Positions 20,364 through 29,577 of a stretch of DNA of 64,000 nucleotides are shown here, in pieces; within the stretch, counting starts at the first letter, position 1; each line of letters opens with the position of its first letter. Origin of the DNA: an uncultured Gemmatimonadaceae bacterium (lineage in GTDB: Bacteria; Gemmatimonadota; Gemmatimonadetes; Gemmatimonadales; Gemmatimonadaceae); NCBI GenBank assembly GCA_963781585.1, contig CAWAGQ010000008.1, positions 160,001 through 224,000 of the forward strand, read 5' to 3'. A program made the position numbers and the translations under genes. The notes under the pieces are model-generated. The model searched no databases. It saw only the letters and a list, made by a program, of their open reading frames with translations, and had not been told where the DNA came from.

Positions 20364-21346
20364 CAATCGACTCCGGCGGCGCGTTCACAGTTCGCAACGA
20401 TCTCCAGGCTGCGGAGCCCGTCATCGAAGGTGGGCAACTCGACGTCATGCCCCCGAATGCGGCGAACGAAAGCGTGAAACGCGTACTTCCAGGAGGGCTC
20501 GGTCTGAGGACGAATGAGCGCGCGGGCACGCCAGGCCAATACCGGCATCGTGATGGTCCGGGCACGCGCGCCCCGCACCACCAGCGAACGCGCGTATCGA
20601 TCGACCCGAAGGGCACCGCGGTCGCCGGTCAGTTCGATCCAATCGGCGCGGCCGGCGCGAAGCGAGAAGAATGACGACGCCACACAGCCACCATCGAAGT
20701 GAAGGCGCACCGATGCCGAGTCGTGTTCGGTGGCTTCGGAACGAATCGTCGCCTCGGTCCGGCACACTTCCTCACCCAGGAGCCAGCGCGCGAGATCGAA
20801 GTGGTGCGAACCCAGATCGAGCAACACGCCACCCCCCTGGTCGCGCCGCGCTTTCCAATCGGGTACTGGCGCGGGCTCCGAGAACTCGGACGACATGGTG
20901 TGCACCGTGCCGATCACACCATCCCGGATCAACTGGCGGGCTCGCGCAATCAGCGGTTGGAATCGCCAGTTGAATCCGATCATCGTCACGCGATTTGTGG
21001 TTCGCGCGACTGCTGCCAGGTGTTGGCCCTGCTCCAGGGTGGACGCGATCGGCTTCTCGAGGTACAGATGGCGTCGGCGCTGGAGCGCCGCCAGCGCGAG
21101 CCCGGCGTGGAGCCCGCTCGGCACTGCTACCACCACCGCATCCACGTCGTCGCGATCGAGCAGGCTCTCGGCGTCGGCGAGAGCCGCAGCCTGTGGCACC
21201 ATCCGCCGCGCGCGGTCGCGTGCATCGGACTCCGGATCGGCGATTGCCGTGACCCGCACGCCCGGCATGGCGCGGAGGACACGGAGATGGACCGCAGTGA
21301 CGATCGCGCCGCAGCCGATCACGCCGACACGCAGCGGCGGCGCCAT
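20363..21346 (-). CDS. Gfo/Idh/MocA family NAD(P)-dependent oxidoreductase
   Basis: LRVGVIGCGAI, HLYLEKPIA, IGFNWRF, GGGVLLDLGSHHFD; TGATG coupling on both sides. Confidence 0.92.
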   Translation of the reverse strand: MAPPLRVGVIGCGAIVTAVHLRVLRAMPGVRVTAIADPESDARDRARRMVPQAAALADAESLLDRDDVDAVVVAVPSGLHAGLALAALQRRRHLYLEKPIASTLEQGQHLAAVARTTNRVTMIGFNWRFQPLIARARQLIRDGVIGTVHTMSSEFSEPAPVPDWKARRDQGGGVLLDLGSHHFDLARWLLGEEVCRTEATIRSEATEHDSASVRLHFDGGCVASSFFSLRAGRADWIELTGDRGALRVDRYARSLVVRGARARTITMPVLAWRARALIRPQTEPSWKYAFHAFVRRIRGHDVELPTFDDGLRSLEIVANCERAAGVD

Positions 21347-22278
21347 CAGATATATCGCGATCGGTGGACTTCGTATTCCGCGAGCTGCAGCGCCGCTTTG
21401 CCGCCGCCGGCCAGGTACCCCGTGGCCTCGCCAGCGGCCGTCACCATCGCGCTGAGAAGAATGAGCGCCAGTGTTCCCGCGGGCGCTCGCGATTTCTGAT
21501 ACGCCCACTGGACCGAACGCAGGGGCTTGCCAGCGATCAGGACGGCGGCGATCGGCGTGGCGAGGAAATACAGCAGGCGGCGCGAAGCGGACCATCCTCG
21601 CGAGCGGGCCGTTCCCCAGAATCTCCCCGTCAGAAAACGCTCCGGCAGCCAGCCGCGGAACGTTGCCACATTGAGGTGCGCCAGGCGTGCCGCGGGCTCG
21701 ATCAGAAAGCGCCCGCCGCGGTCACGAAGCAGCGCGTCCAACCCACTGCCATAGTCGAGCATTTCTGCCAGGCGCTCCCCGAGATCCACCAGTGCCTGAC
21801 GACGGAAGCATCCGTTGTAGGTGGCGATGGTCTCGATCTCCGTGCGGACTGCCGGATCTATCCAGTGCCGGTACGTCAACATCAGCAGCGCCCAGCTCAG
21901 CGCCTTTGTCGGATTGCCGTTTTCGATCACCGGCATGACCACGGCGTAGTCGCCGCCGGCGTGCGCGGCGAGCAGCGCCTGGAGACAGTCGGGCGCCGGA
22001 TAGGAGTGGGTCTCGCCGATGAAGACCAGTGGACACGAGGCCGCTCGGACACCCGCGGCGCGTGCTGGAGAGAGCGGCATGATCGCTTCAGCCTCGACCA
22101 CCCGGACTGCGCCGATTCCCGCGGTCTCCCGCGGGTCGAGCTCCAACTCCGCTCCTGACCGGCAGACGATGACGAGCTCGATGGCTGGAGAGATGGACTG
22201 CGCCCGCACCGCACGCACCACGTCGCGGATCGTGGCGAAGGTATCGGTCACTACCACGAAGGAGAGCTCGAGGCTCAC
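21346..22278 (-). CDS. Glycosyltransferase family 2-like protein
   Basis: LSFVVVTD...ARAAGVRAASCPLVFIGETHSYP...YNGCFRR; C-terminal hydrophobic helices; GTGA overlap with the upstream paralog. Confidence 0.78.
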   Translation of the reverse strand: MSLELSFVVVTDTFATIRDVVRAVRAQSISPAIELVIVCRSGAELELDPRETAGIGAVRVVEAEAIMPLSPARAAGVRAASCPLVFIGETHSYPAPDCLQALLAAHAGGDYAVVMPVIENGNPTKALSWALLMLTYRHWIDPAVRTEIETIATYNGCFRRQALVDLGERLAEMLDYGSGLDALLRDRGGRFLIEPAARLAHLNVATFRGWLPERFLTGRFWGTARSRGWSASRRLLYFLATPIAAVLIAGKPLRSVQWAYQKSRAPAGTLALILLSAMVTAAGEATGYLAGGGKAALQLAEYEVHRSRYI

Positions 22279-23204
22279 GCGTACCGCTCCTTGTGCAGCT
22301 CGTACTCGAGCATTCTCGCCTCGGACCGGCCCTCTCCCACCAGGTATCCTGCCGCCTCGCCGATCCCCCAGAGTACGCTTCCACCGGCCACCGCCACCAG
22401 CGTGCCCCTCGGGAGGCGGTTGTCGCTGCCGGCCAGCGCGACCGCCGGACGCGTCCTCGCGAAGCGGATCAGGGGAACCAGCGCCGAGCCGCAGAAGTAG
22501 ACCACTCTCCGGGCGAGCGACCACTCCCGGCTTCGGTGCGACCCGAACAGCCGGCCGCCCCAATAGCGTTCGGCCGCCCACGCGAACCAGGGCGCAACAT
22601 TCAGGTGCGCCACACGCGCGTCGGGCACGTGACAGAACCGCGCGCCGCGTGCAGCCAGCGCTGCATCCAGCGGTCCACCCGGCTCCAGCATGTGCGTGAG
22701 TCCGTCGCCCGCGCTCAGCAGCAGGTCGCGCTTCCAGGCGGCGTTGTAGGCCGGCGGCTCGGCGATCGGTCCCGCTGGACGTTCGGCGAGAAAGCGGCCG
22801 TAATCCATGACCAGTCCACTCCAGCTTCGCGCAGTACGCGGATTCCCGTTCGCCATTCCCGGCGCCACCGCATCCCACGGTCCCTCGAGCGCCTGGAGGA
22901 ACTTTTCGGCCCACGCGGGCGCCGGGAATGCGTGCGTCTCGCCAAGGACGACGACCGGCGCGTGCGCGGCGCGAACGCCCGCTGCCCGCGCCACGCCCAT
23001 CGGCACGAGCGGGCTTTCGACGAGTGTAACGCCGGAAAGCGCAGCAGCCACTTCCGCTGGTACCTCGCAGTTCGTCGCTGACGGGCACACCGCCACCAGC
23101 TCGATCTCACGCGCGAGCGTCTGGGCGCACAGATGGCTCGTCACGCGATGGATCGTCGCGTAGTCGTCGGTGAGGATGACGATCGAGAGCCGGGGGGCAG
23201 GCAT
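22275..23204 (-). CDS. Glycosyltransferase family 2-like protein (paralog of 21346-22278)
   Basis: PRLSIVILTDD...ARAAGVRAAHAPVVVLGETHAFP...YNAAWKR...EYELHKERY. Confidence 0.78.
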   Translation of the reverse strand: MPAPRLSIVILTDDYATIHRVTSHLCAQTLAREIELVAVCPSATNCEVPAEVAAALSGVTLVESPLVPMGVARAAGVRAAHAPVVVLGETHAFPAPAWAEKFLQALEGPWDAVAPGMANGNPRTARSWSGLVMDYGRFLAERPAGPIAEPPAYNAAWKRDLLLSAGDGLTHMLEPGGPLDAALAARGARFCHVPDARVAHLNVAPWFAWAAERYWGGRLFGSHRSREWSLARRVVYFCGSALVPLIRFARTRPAVALAGSDNRLPRGTLVAVAGGSVLWGIGEAAGYLVGEGRSEARMLEYELHKERYA

Positions 23205-23221
23205 AGGCGGGAGGAGTCCAG

Positions 23222-23347
23222 AGGCCAAAGGCCAAAGGCCAAGGGCCAAAGGCCAAAGGCCAAAGGCCAAAGGCCAAAGGCCAAAGGCCAAAGGCCAAAG
23301 GCCAAAGGCCAAAGGCCAAAGGCCAAAGGCCAAAGGCCAAAGGCCAA
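23222..23347. repeat. Heptamer tandem repeat (AGGCCAA)18 with one variant unit
   Basis: 126 bp = 18 units; unit 4 is GGGCCAA; lies 17 nt upstream of the glycosyltransferase operon start codon. Confidence 0.95.
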
Positions 23348-23569
23348 AGTACGTCGGAAGATGCGCCAAACCATGGCTTTGCCGCCACTTGGTTGGCCAC
23401 GGGGCGCACCGCGAAAGGACTGCCTCACGTGCGCCACGGTCATCGCCGGCTCATTCGCAAACGCAAGGATCGTGCGCACCGCGCCTGACTCGCGGTAGCC
23501 GGGCGCACCTCTTTGCGTTGGGAACCGATTCGGGTCGCGCTCCGCACCCCCGACCACGACCTGCCGGAC

Positions 23570-23974
23570 CTACAGCAGCAGCAGGCCGCGCCTCACACCC
23601 GCCGCAACCGCTTCGGCACGAGACGAGACCGAGAGCTTCTCGAAGAGCAGCTCCAGGTGCGTCTTCACCGTGTTGGTGGAGATGCCGAGTCGTGCCGCGA
23701 TCTGCTTGTTTCCAAGTCCCTCGGCCAGGTAGCCGAGAATCTCGCGCTCCCGATTGGTGAGCACCGGTCCCACGATGGTGTCGGCGCGAGGGCGCGCCGT
23801 CACGAGCCGTTGATCATCAGGCGCGTGCGCCACGAGAACCAGGTCGGTCGTTTCGGACACCTCCTCCTCGGACGCCACGGCGCCTACGACATCAAAGGCG
23901 GCGTCGGCCCGGAGTGCGGCCGCCAGTTCCGCGCGCAGCCTCTCGGGCGAGGCCACGATGACGACCCGTGTCAC
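23570..23974 (-). CDS. LuxR-type HTH regulator with truncated pseudo-receiver N-terminus
   Basis: LTNREREILGYLAEGLGNKQIAARLGISTNTVKTH; N-terminal region is only ~70 aa, and DLVLVAH lacks the phosphoacceptor Asp. Confidence 0.88.
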   Translation of the reverse strand: MTRVVIVASPERLRAELAAALRADAAFDVVGAVASEEEVSETTDLVLVAHAPDDQRLVTARPRADTIVGPVLTNREREILGYLAEGLGNKQIAARLGISTNTVKTHLELLFEKLSVSSRAEAVAAGVRRGLLLL

Positions 23975-23989
23975 GGGCAGGCCCGCGCG

Positions 23990-24589
23990 TCAGGCGGCGC
24001 GCCGCGACAGTGCGCGTTCCACAAAACGCCGCACCAGCCTGGCCGGAATGGCCACACCCAGGCCATTGACGACCATGCTGTTGACGCCCACCAGGCGCCC
24101 TTCGGCGTCCACCAGCGGGCCACCGGAGTTGCCCGGCGCCAGACGCACGTCCGCCACCACCCAGCGCGGTTCGTCGGTGCGTGGGTCGCGCGCGACCGCG
24201 TGCACCACGCCCATCGCCAGGGCGTCAGGGATCCCGAGCGGATGGCCATGAGCGAACACCAACTCGCCCACCCGTAACGAGCCGGTGTCCCGGACCTCGA
24301 GCAGAGGCCCGGCCACCGATGGCGCGGCGAGAAGCGCGAGATCATGATCCGGATGGTACGCGATGGCGGTGGCGTCGCGCCACGTGGTACCGACGCGTAC
24401 CGCGAGACGAGTCCGGCGCGGCACACAGTGCGCATTCGTCACGACGAGTCCGGCGCCACCCCAGATGATCCCGGTGCCGCTGCCGGTATCGCCGCTGCGA
24501 ACCTCCACCACCGCCTGACGCAGGAGCTCGCTCAGCCCAACGAGGCCGGAGGCCACCGCGCGCGCCGGACCTGACGATGTCGCGATCAT
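23990..24589 (-). CDS. Trypsin-like (S1C/HtrA-type) serine protease without PDZ domain
   Basis: VVTNAH, DLALL and PGNSGGPL catalytic triad motifs. Confidence 0.88.
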   Translation of the reverse strand: MIATSSGPARAVASGLVGLSELLRQAVVEVRSGDTGSGTGIIWGGAGLVVTNAHCVPRRTRLAVRVGTTWRDATAIAYHPDHDLALLAAPSVAGPLLEVRDTGSLRVGELVFAHGHPLGIPDALAMGVVHAVARDPRTDEPRWVVADVRLAPGNSGGPLVDAEGRLVGVNSMVVNGLGVAIPARLVRRFVERALSRRAA

Positions 24590-25536
24590 GATCGCCCCCC
24601 GCGGTCGATCGGCACGATCGAGACCTCCTTCACGGCGCCGCCGCGCAGCACCTTGAGCGCGACTGTCGAACCATCGTTCACGCCGGCGAGGACGTCGAGC
24701 AGGTCGGTGGGATGGCGCAGGACGTGCCCATTCGCCTCGACCAGGGCATCTCCGACGAACAGCCCTCCGCGCTCGGCTGGAGACCCGTCGCCAACTGACA
24801 GGATCAGCAGAGCGGTGTCGTTCGCGAGCTGATGCTGCCTGACGAGGGCGGAGGGAAGCATCACGGGCTGGACCGCGACCCCGATGAACGGGCGCGGTAC
24901 GTGACCCCGCGTGATGAGTTCGTCGATCACGCGATCGACGGCGAACGCCGGCAACGCCATGGGCATTCCGCGTCCCAGGGCGGAATTGTCGATGCCGAGC
25001 AGCGCGCCGCTGGCGTCCAGCAGCGGACCGCCGGAGAACCCGTCGTAGATCGCGAGGTCGAGTCGCAGCACCCTGTCAATCCGTGCGCCTCCACCACCAC
25101 CCTGCCAGGTACGCCATCCCTCGCGAATGGCGCTGATGACACCGAAGCTCGCGGTGACGTCGCGGCCGGGCCGGCCCGCGGCGATCACCAGCGCGCCTAC
25201 TCGCGTGGTTTCGGAGCCGCCCGGGGACGCCAGCAATGGCTTTGCACTTCCCGCCGCAATGCGGAGCGCGATCAGGTCCGTTGCAGCGTCCCGGCCGATG
25301 ACGGTCGACGTGGTGGACGCGCCGTCGGGAAGGGTGATGCCGATGTCGTCATCCTTGCGTACGGTATGGCTCGCGCTCACGATCACGCCGTCCCGCCAGA
25401 CGATTCCGCTTGATGGAATGCGCCGGCGTGCGTGAATGGCAACGATGGAGCCGGACGCAGCCTGGACCGCGTCAGCAAGCTCTGTTGAAAGCTGACTGAG
25501 CGTGCTCCCGGTCCTTCCCGTCTTCGATGGTGTCAT
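24586..25536 (-). CDS. Trypsin-like (S1C/HtrA-type) serine protease with C-terminal PDZ domain
   Basis: IVSASH, TDLIAL, GFSGGPL; PDZ RPFIGV...GSPAERGGL..GD; AGGAG RBS; ATGA overlap with the next gene. Confidence 0.88.
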   Translation of the reverse strand: MTPSKTGRTGSTLSQLSTELADAVQAASGSIVAIHARRRIPSSGIVWRDGVIVSASHTVRKDDDIGITLPDGASTTSTVIGRDAATDLIALRIAAGSAKPLLASPGGSETTRVGALVIAAGRPGRDVTASFGVISAIREGWRTWQGGGGGARIDRVLRLDLAIYDGFSGGPLLDASGALLGIDNSALGRGMPMALPAFAVDRVIDELITRGHVPRPFIGVAVQPVMLPSALVRQHQLANDTALLILSVGDGSPAERGGLFVGDALVEANGHVLRHPTDLLDVLAGVNDGSTVALKVLRGGAVKEVSIVPIDRGGRS

Positions 25537-25791
25537 GTCGCTCCTGCTGCGCAATGGGTTCGTCTGCAGTCAAACCCAATCGCAGCATCCGCACCATCGG
25601 ACAAATGGGGGAGGCAGGACCGGCGAGGATTGGTCGCGAACCGCAGACCGCATGCTGCCTCTGTTCAGGCTTCCGGAACGCCGAAGACAACGTCGGCGGG
25701 GTCGCTCAGGCAGCGACACCGCCGACGCATCCACGCCCGATCCGCGCGTCCTCCCGGGAGCGGAGAACCGGCGCGGAATTACGGTAACGGA

Positions 25792-26313
25792 CTACTGCTT
25801 CTTCGCCGTTGGAGGAAGCTGGCCGTTGAGCCGCAGGTAGATCGCGGCCTGGCTGTAATGGTCAGCCCAGTCTCCGGTCGTCATCGTCATCACAGCAGCA
25901 CGAGACATGGTGCTGCCGAACATCGACAGCTGTTCGGAGAGCTTGGAGTCGTCCAGGCTCGCCAGCACCTTGTCGCAGAAATCGAACGTCTCCTTCAGCC
26001 GGGCAACCAGGATGGCCTTGCTGTCAGTCGGTGCGACCTTCGAGCGTGTCGGCGCTTTCGTGCTGCTGATCGCGCCGCAGAAGAGGTCGTTGCCGCCAGC
26101 CAGGTGCGTCACTACCTGGCCGAAGGTCATTTGGGCATCGGTCGGCTTGAATCCATATTTGTCGGCGGGCATCGCCTCCGCCGCCGCCACGAGGATCTTC
26201 CCCTCGTGCATGGCGTCGTCACGAAACGCCTGAGCCACGGGCGACGACTGGGCAAGGGAGAGCGAGGGGACGAGGGCCGTGGCGAGCACGGCGGTGTAGA
26301 CGCGAATGTTCAT
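25792..26313 (-). CDS. DinB-family protein, secreted
   Basis: AAEAMPADKYGFKPT...TFGQVVTHLA...DHYSQAAIYLRLNGQLPP; signal peptide. Confidence 0.85.
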   Translation of the reverse strand: MNIRVYTAVLATALVPSLSLAQSSPVAQAFRDDAMHEGKILVAAAEAMPADKYGFKPTDAQMTFGQVVTHLAGGNDLFCGAISSTKAPTRSKVAPTDSKAILVARLKETFDFCDKVLASLDDSKLSEQLSMFGSTMSRAAVMTMTTGDWADHYSQAAIYLRLNGQLPPTAKKQ

Positions 26314-26396
26314 GGGAGCTGCTCGGGGTTAGTGATACATCCATACTGTATTTGATCGGGCTCGGCGTCCAGACCGGCAGGAGCGGGCCCTTGGCA

Positions 26397-26447
26397 GGAA
26401 ATTGGAGTCAGACTCGTCGGAAATTGGGCTCAGACTCGAATTTCCGA
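26397..26447. repeat. Two degenerate copies of the REP-like arm seen at 6295-6355
   Basis: ggaaattggagtcagactcg (26397-26416) and ggaaattgggctcagactcg (26419-26438), followed by aatttccga. Confidence 0.7.
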
Positions 26448-26449
26448 GC

Positions 26450-28153
26450 CTACTGCGTGACTCGCATGAACGGCAGGTCGCGCATCCGTGATGCGCCGAC
26501 GTGCAGCGTTGTCACGCGTCCCGAGGCGTCGCGGGTGAACCATATCACCCGCCCGCCACCCTGCCGCGGACCGAAGTGATCGCGATACAGGGGCCGGAGC
26601 GGCAGCTTCGTATCGGGACGCTGTTCGATCTCGAGTCCCCCATCCACGACCGCGAGTGTGAACGTCGCATCGGCCTCGTCGCTATGCCAGACGCCGGCGA
26701 ATTCGGCGAGCTGTGACGCCGTCGGCATCCACGGCGTTTCCGCCACGAGGTGGTCCTCGCCGTCCGGACGATAGCGTGTCGCGTGGGCCGGCTTGCCGCC
26801 GGCGGCGGGCTCGAATCGCCACCGGATCGGTCCTTGTGCGGCGAGAAACTCGCCGTCGCGGAGAGGATGCAGTACGGCACCGGCTCGGAGGGATCCGTTC
26901 TCCACCGTGATCTGTATGGGCATGTGGGTGGCAACGTCCCGCCAGAGGCCCGCCCACTTCTGGAGTTCCTGCGCCGGCAGTGACACGGTGTCGGGGGCGG
27001 CCGGGGCCGGGAGCGGACCGGCGATCTCGTCGACCAGCCGCATGGCGAGTTGGCCCGGATTCGGCGAGGGGGCGTTGCACATCACTGCGATCGACAGGGC
27101 GGGCCCCGGGAATCGGGTGAGAAACGTCGTGTATCCGGCGGTCGAGCCGCTATGTGCCACCTGACGCAGACCTTTGTAGGTCGTGACCTCCAGTCCCAGT
27201 GCGTAGGCGATCTCGCGTCCGTCGTTGAGCCGGCCCTGCCGTTCCAGCGAATCCACCAGCGCGCCGACGTTCTTCCCGCCGAGGGTGCGCGTGTCGAGCA
27301 TGGCGTTCCACTTCAACCAGTCGCCCACCGTGGTGAGCAGACCACCGTTGCCGTAGACGTTCATGAACGGCATGTCCAGTTTCCAGGCCCCCTGACCGGC
27401 ACGCGCGTACGCCTGGGCGCGTCCGGGGACCAGCGTGGTGTAGTCGGTGCGCCATTGCGAGTGCGTCATGCCTAACGGCTTGAAGAACCGCTCGGCGGTG
27501 AATGCCGGCAGGCTCTGCTTCGAGACGCGTTCGACGATCGTCGACAGCAGCGTATAGCCGCTGTTGGAGTACGAGTACTCGGCGCCCGGGGTGAAATCGA
27601 GGCCGTGCTGGTGCACGATCACATCAAGGGCCAGCGCCTGCGACACGACGCGATCGCCGCGTCCGTAGCCGGTGAGCCCAAGCACCGAGCCCCAATCGCG
27701 GATTCCGCTGGTGTGGTTGAGGAGATTCCGGATGGTGAGCGGGGCGCCATAGTCGGGAAGCTCGGGGATGTACTTCTTCACCGGATCGTCGAGCCGCAAC
27801 TTCCCTTCGAGGGCCAGCAGCACGATCGAGGCGGCGGTGAATTGCTTGGCCACCGATCCCGACTCGAAGATCGTCTGTGGCGTATTGGCGATGCCGAATT
27901 CCAGATCGGCCATTCCGAATGCCCGTTCATAGACCGGCCGATTGTCGTGCGCGATACCCACCGCGCACCCGGGGGCGGGGGCGGTCCCCGACGCCGACGT
28001 GACCGCCGAGAGCACTTGATCGGCCCGCGCGGCGATCGTGGCGGAGTCGGGCATCTGCGCCCCGGTCCGGAGCGGAACGGCGCACGCCAACGTGAGGCCC
28101 GCGAACGCGAGGCCGAGGGATGCGAACACCCGCTCTGTTCTGGCAATCTGCAT
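26450..28153 (-). CDS. Serine hydrolase, beta-lactamase class C / PBP-related family, secreted
   Basis: FESGSVAKQF (SxxK), LLNHTSG, YSYSNSGY (YxN), HSGSTAGY. Confidence 0.9.
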   Translation of the reverse strand: MQIARTERVFASLGLAFAGLTLACAVPLRTGAQMPDSATIAARADQVLSAVTSASGTAPAPGCAVGIAHDNRPVYERAFGMADLEFGIANTPQTIFESGSVAKQFTAASIVLLALEGKLRLDDPVKKYIPELPDYGAPLTIRNLLNHTSGIRDWGSVLGLTGYGRGDRVVSQALALDVIVHQHGLDFTPGAEYSYSNSGYTLLSTIVERVSKQSLPAFTAERFFKPLGMTHSQWRTDYTTLVPGRAQAYARAGQGAWKLDMPFMNVYGNGGLLTTVGDWLKWNAMLDTRTLGGKNVGALVDSLERQGRLNDGREIAYALGLEVTTYKGLRQVAHSGSTAGYTTFLTRFPGPALSIAVMCNAPSPNPGQLAMRLVDEIAGPLPAPAAPDTVSLPAQELQKWAGLWRDVATHMPIQITVENGSLRAGAVLHPLRDGEFLAAQGPIRWRFEPAAGGKPAHATRYRPDGEDHLVAETPWMPTASQLAEFAGVWHSDEADATFTLAVVDGGLEIEQRPDTKLPLRPLYRDHFGPRQGGGRVIWFTRDASGRVTTLHVGASRMRDLPFMRVTQ

Positions 28154-28264
28154 TTTCGACCACGCCTGTGGTGATGGGTTTTCGACTGTTCGTGCCTAGT
28201 GTGGACCGGCGTACCGGCCGCGTCAAGCGCCGGTGCTCGACAGGAACATCAACCTGCGCGTTCG

Positions 28265-28460
28265 TTAGGCGTCCAGCACCTCGCGGACGTCGGCGTACGT
28301 CTGATCGAGGTCCGCCGTGGCAGTCTCGATGGTGAGACGGCCTCCCGCGGCCATCGCATCACGGGCGTTGACCACCAGGTTCAGCAGCACCTGCTCGAGT
28401 TGTCCCGGATCGGCCTTTATCCGGGAAGCCCGGCATCCAGCGTCGTGGTCAGGATGAGCC
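28265..28460 (-). pseudogene. Fragment of a hybrid sensor histidine kinase (HATPase N-box region)
   Basis: [35 protein letters not shown]; no H-box upstream and no G-boxes downstream. Confidence 0.7.
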
Positions 28461-28809
28461 ATCCGGGCATCGATTCCACACCGATGTTCGACCGACTGCG
28501 CCGGTGCATGGAGCAGCGCACGGACGCGCGAACGCATGCCCGCGCTCGCGTGAACTTCGTGCAACCGGGCCCAGGGGAATCCGGCGTCGCTGAGGCCGCG
28601 TAATCGCAGGCGACACGGGCACCTTCGTTCACGAGGCTGGCACTAAAATCCGTTTGAAACGGCTCAGTGCAGGCCGGAGACCATCCGGGTACTAGTGCCT
28701 GCGAGACACGGTGGTCACGCCGGCAACCTGGCGGACTTGTCATTGCGGGTTCGCTTCGACCGACCGCGAAGCACCGGTCCCGCATTACGACGCAAATCAC
28801 GGAGGAGCT

Positions 28810-29577
28810 ATGTGGCGATACCGATTCAAGGGCACCTCGGCCACGCTTCTTGTTGCCGGCCTGCTGGCAGGCGCCGGCGCACAGCCGGCGGAGGCCCAGA
28901 ACAACAGCCGGCCGCTCTTCGAATGGAGCGGACGGGTGGATCGCGAGATCCAGCTCACGATGCGGGGACGCAACGTGTGGACGCGGGCGTACGGTCAGGC
29001 TGATGACCGTCTCCCCGGTCCGGACATCATCTCCGCGCTCCCGCAGGACGACGGCGTCGTCCGGGTTCTGCTCGAGCGCGGATTGGGAGAGGTTCAGGTG
29101 GTCCAGCAACCCACCAGCGAGAACGACTACACAACCATTGTCCGCGTTCGTGATCGCAGCAACAGCGGTGAGCCCAACCGGATCATGGTGTCGTGGCTGC
29201 CGTATGCCTCGAGCGGCGGCGAAGTGGTTGAACGGAGCGACGCGGCGTCTCCACGAGGCCGGTATCCCGGTGAGCGTACGGTGCTGCACTGGACCGGACG
29301 GGTGGACGACGCGCTGGAGATCCGCATCCGCGGGCAGCAGATCGACTATCGCACGCTGAGCGGCGACGAGCCTGAGGACATCCACTCCAACCTGGCGCCG
29401 TATGGCCTGCCGATGGACTACGCCAGTGTCCGCCTCCATCAACTCGAGGGGCGCGGTACGGTGACCCTGGTGCAGCAGCCAAGTGCGGAGAACAACTTCA
29501 TGGCCGTCCTGCGGATCTACGATCCACAGCCGCGAGCCGGCTTCTACGACTTCGACCTCACGGTCCCGAACCGGTAG
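28810..29577 (+). CDS. Secreted hypothetical protein with two copies of an uncharacterised beta-rich domain
   Basis: GGAGG RBS; signal peptide; FEWSGRVD..VQQPTSENDY and LHWTGRVD..VQQPSAENNF repeats. Confidence 0.8.
   Translation: MWRYRFKGTSATLLVAGLLAGAGAQPAEAQNNSRPLFEWSGRVDREIQLTMRGRNVWTRAYGQADDRLPGPDIISALPQDDGVVRVLLERGLGEVQVVQQPTSENDYTTIVRVRDRSNSGEPNRIMVSWLPYASSGGEVVERSDAASPRGRYPGERTVLHWTGRVDDALEIRIRGQQIDYRTLSGDEPEDIHSNLAPYGLPMDYASVRLHQLEGRGTVTLVQQPSAENNFMAVLRIYDPQPRAGFYDFDLTVPNR

Noticed and set aside
23222..23347. Possible CRISPR array
   Set aside because: Contiguous 7-mers with no spacers; no cas genes. The Cas4-like nuclease fold at 36806 belongs to the TM0106 family.
23107..23760. Several ORFs with (LWPLAFG)n or (KAKGQRP)n repeat peptides
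   Set aside because: By-products of a 7-nt repeat that is open in all six frames; no independent coding evidence.
26450..28153. Antibiotic-resistance beta-lactamase
   Set aside because: Motifs fit the broad serine hydrolase/peptidase family with C-terminal extensions; resistance cannot be inferred.
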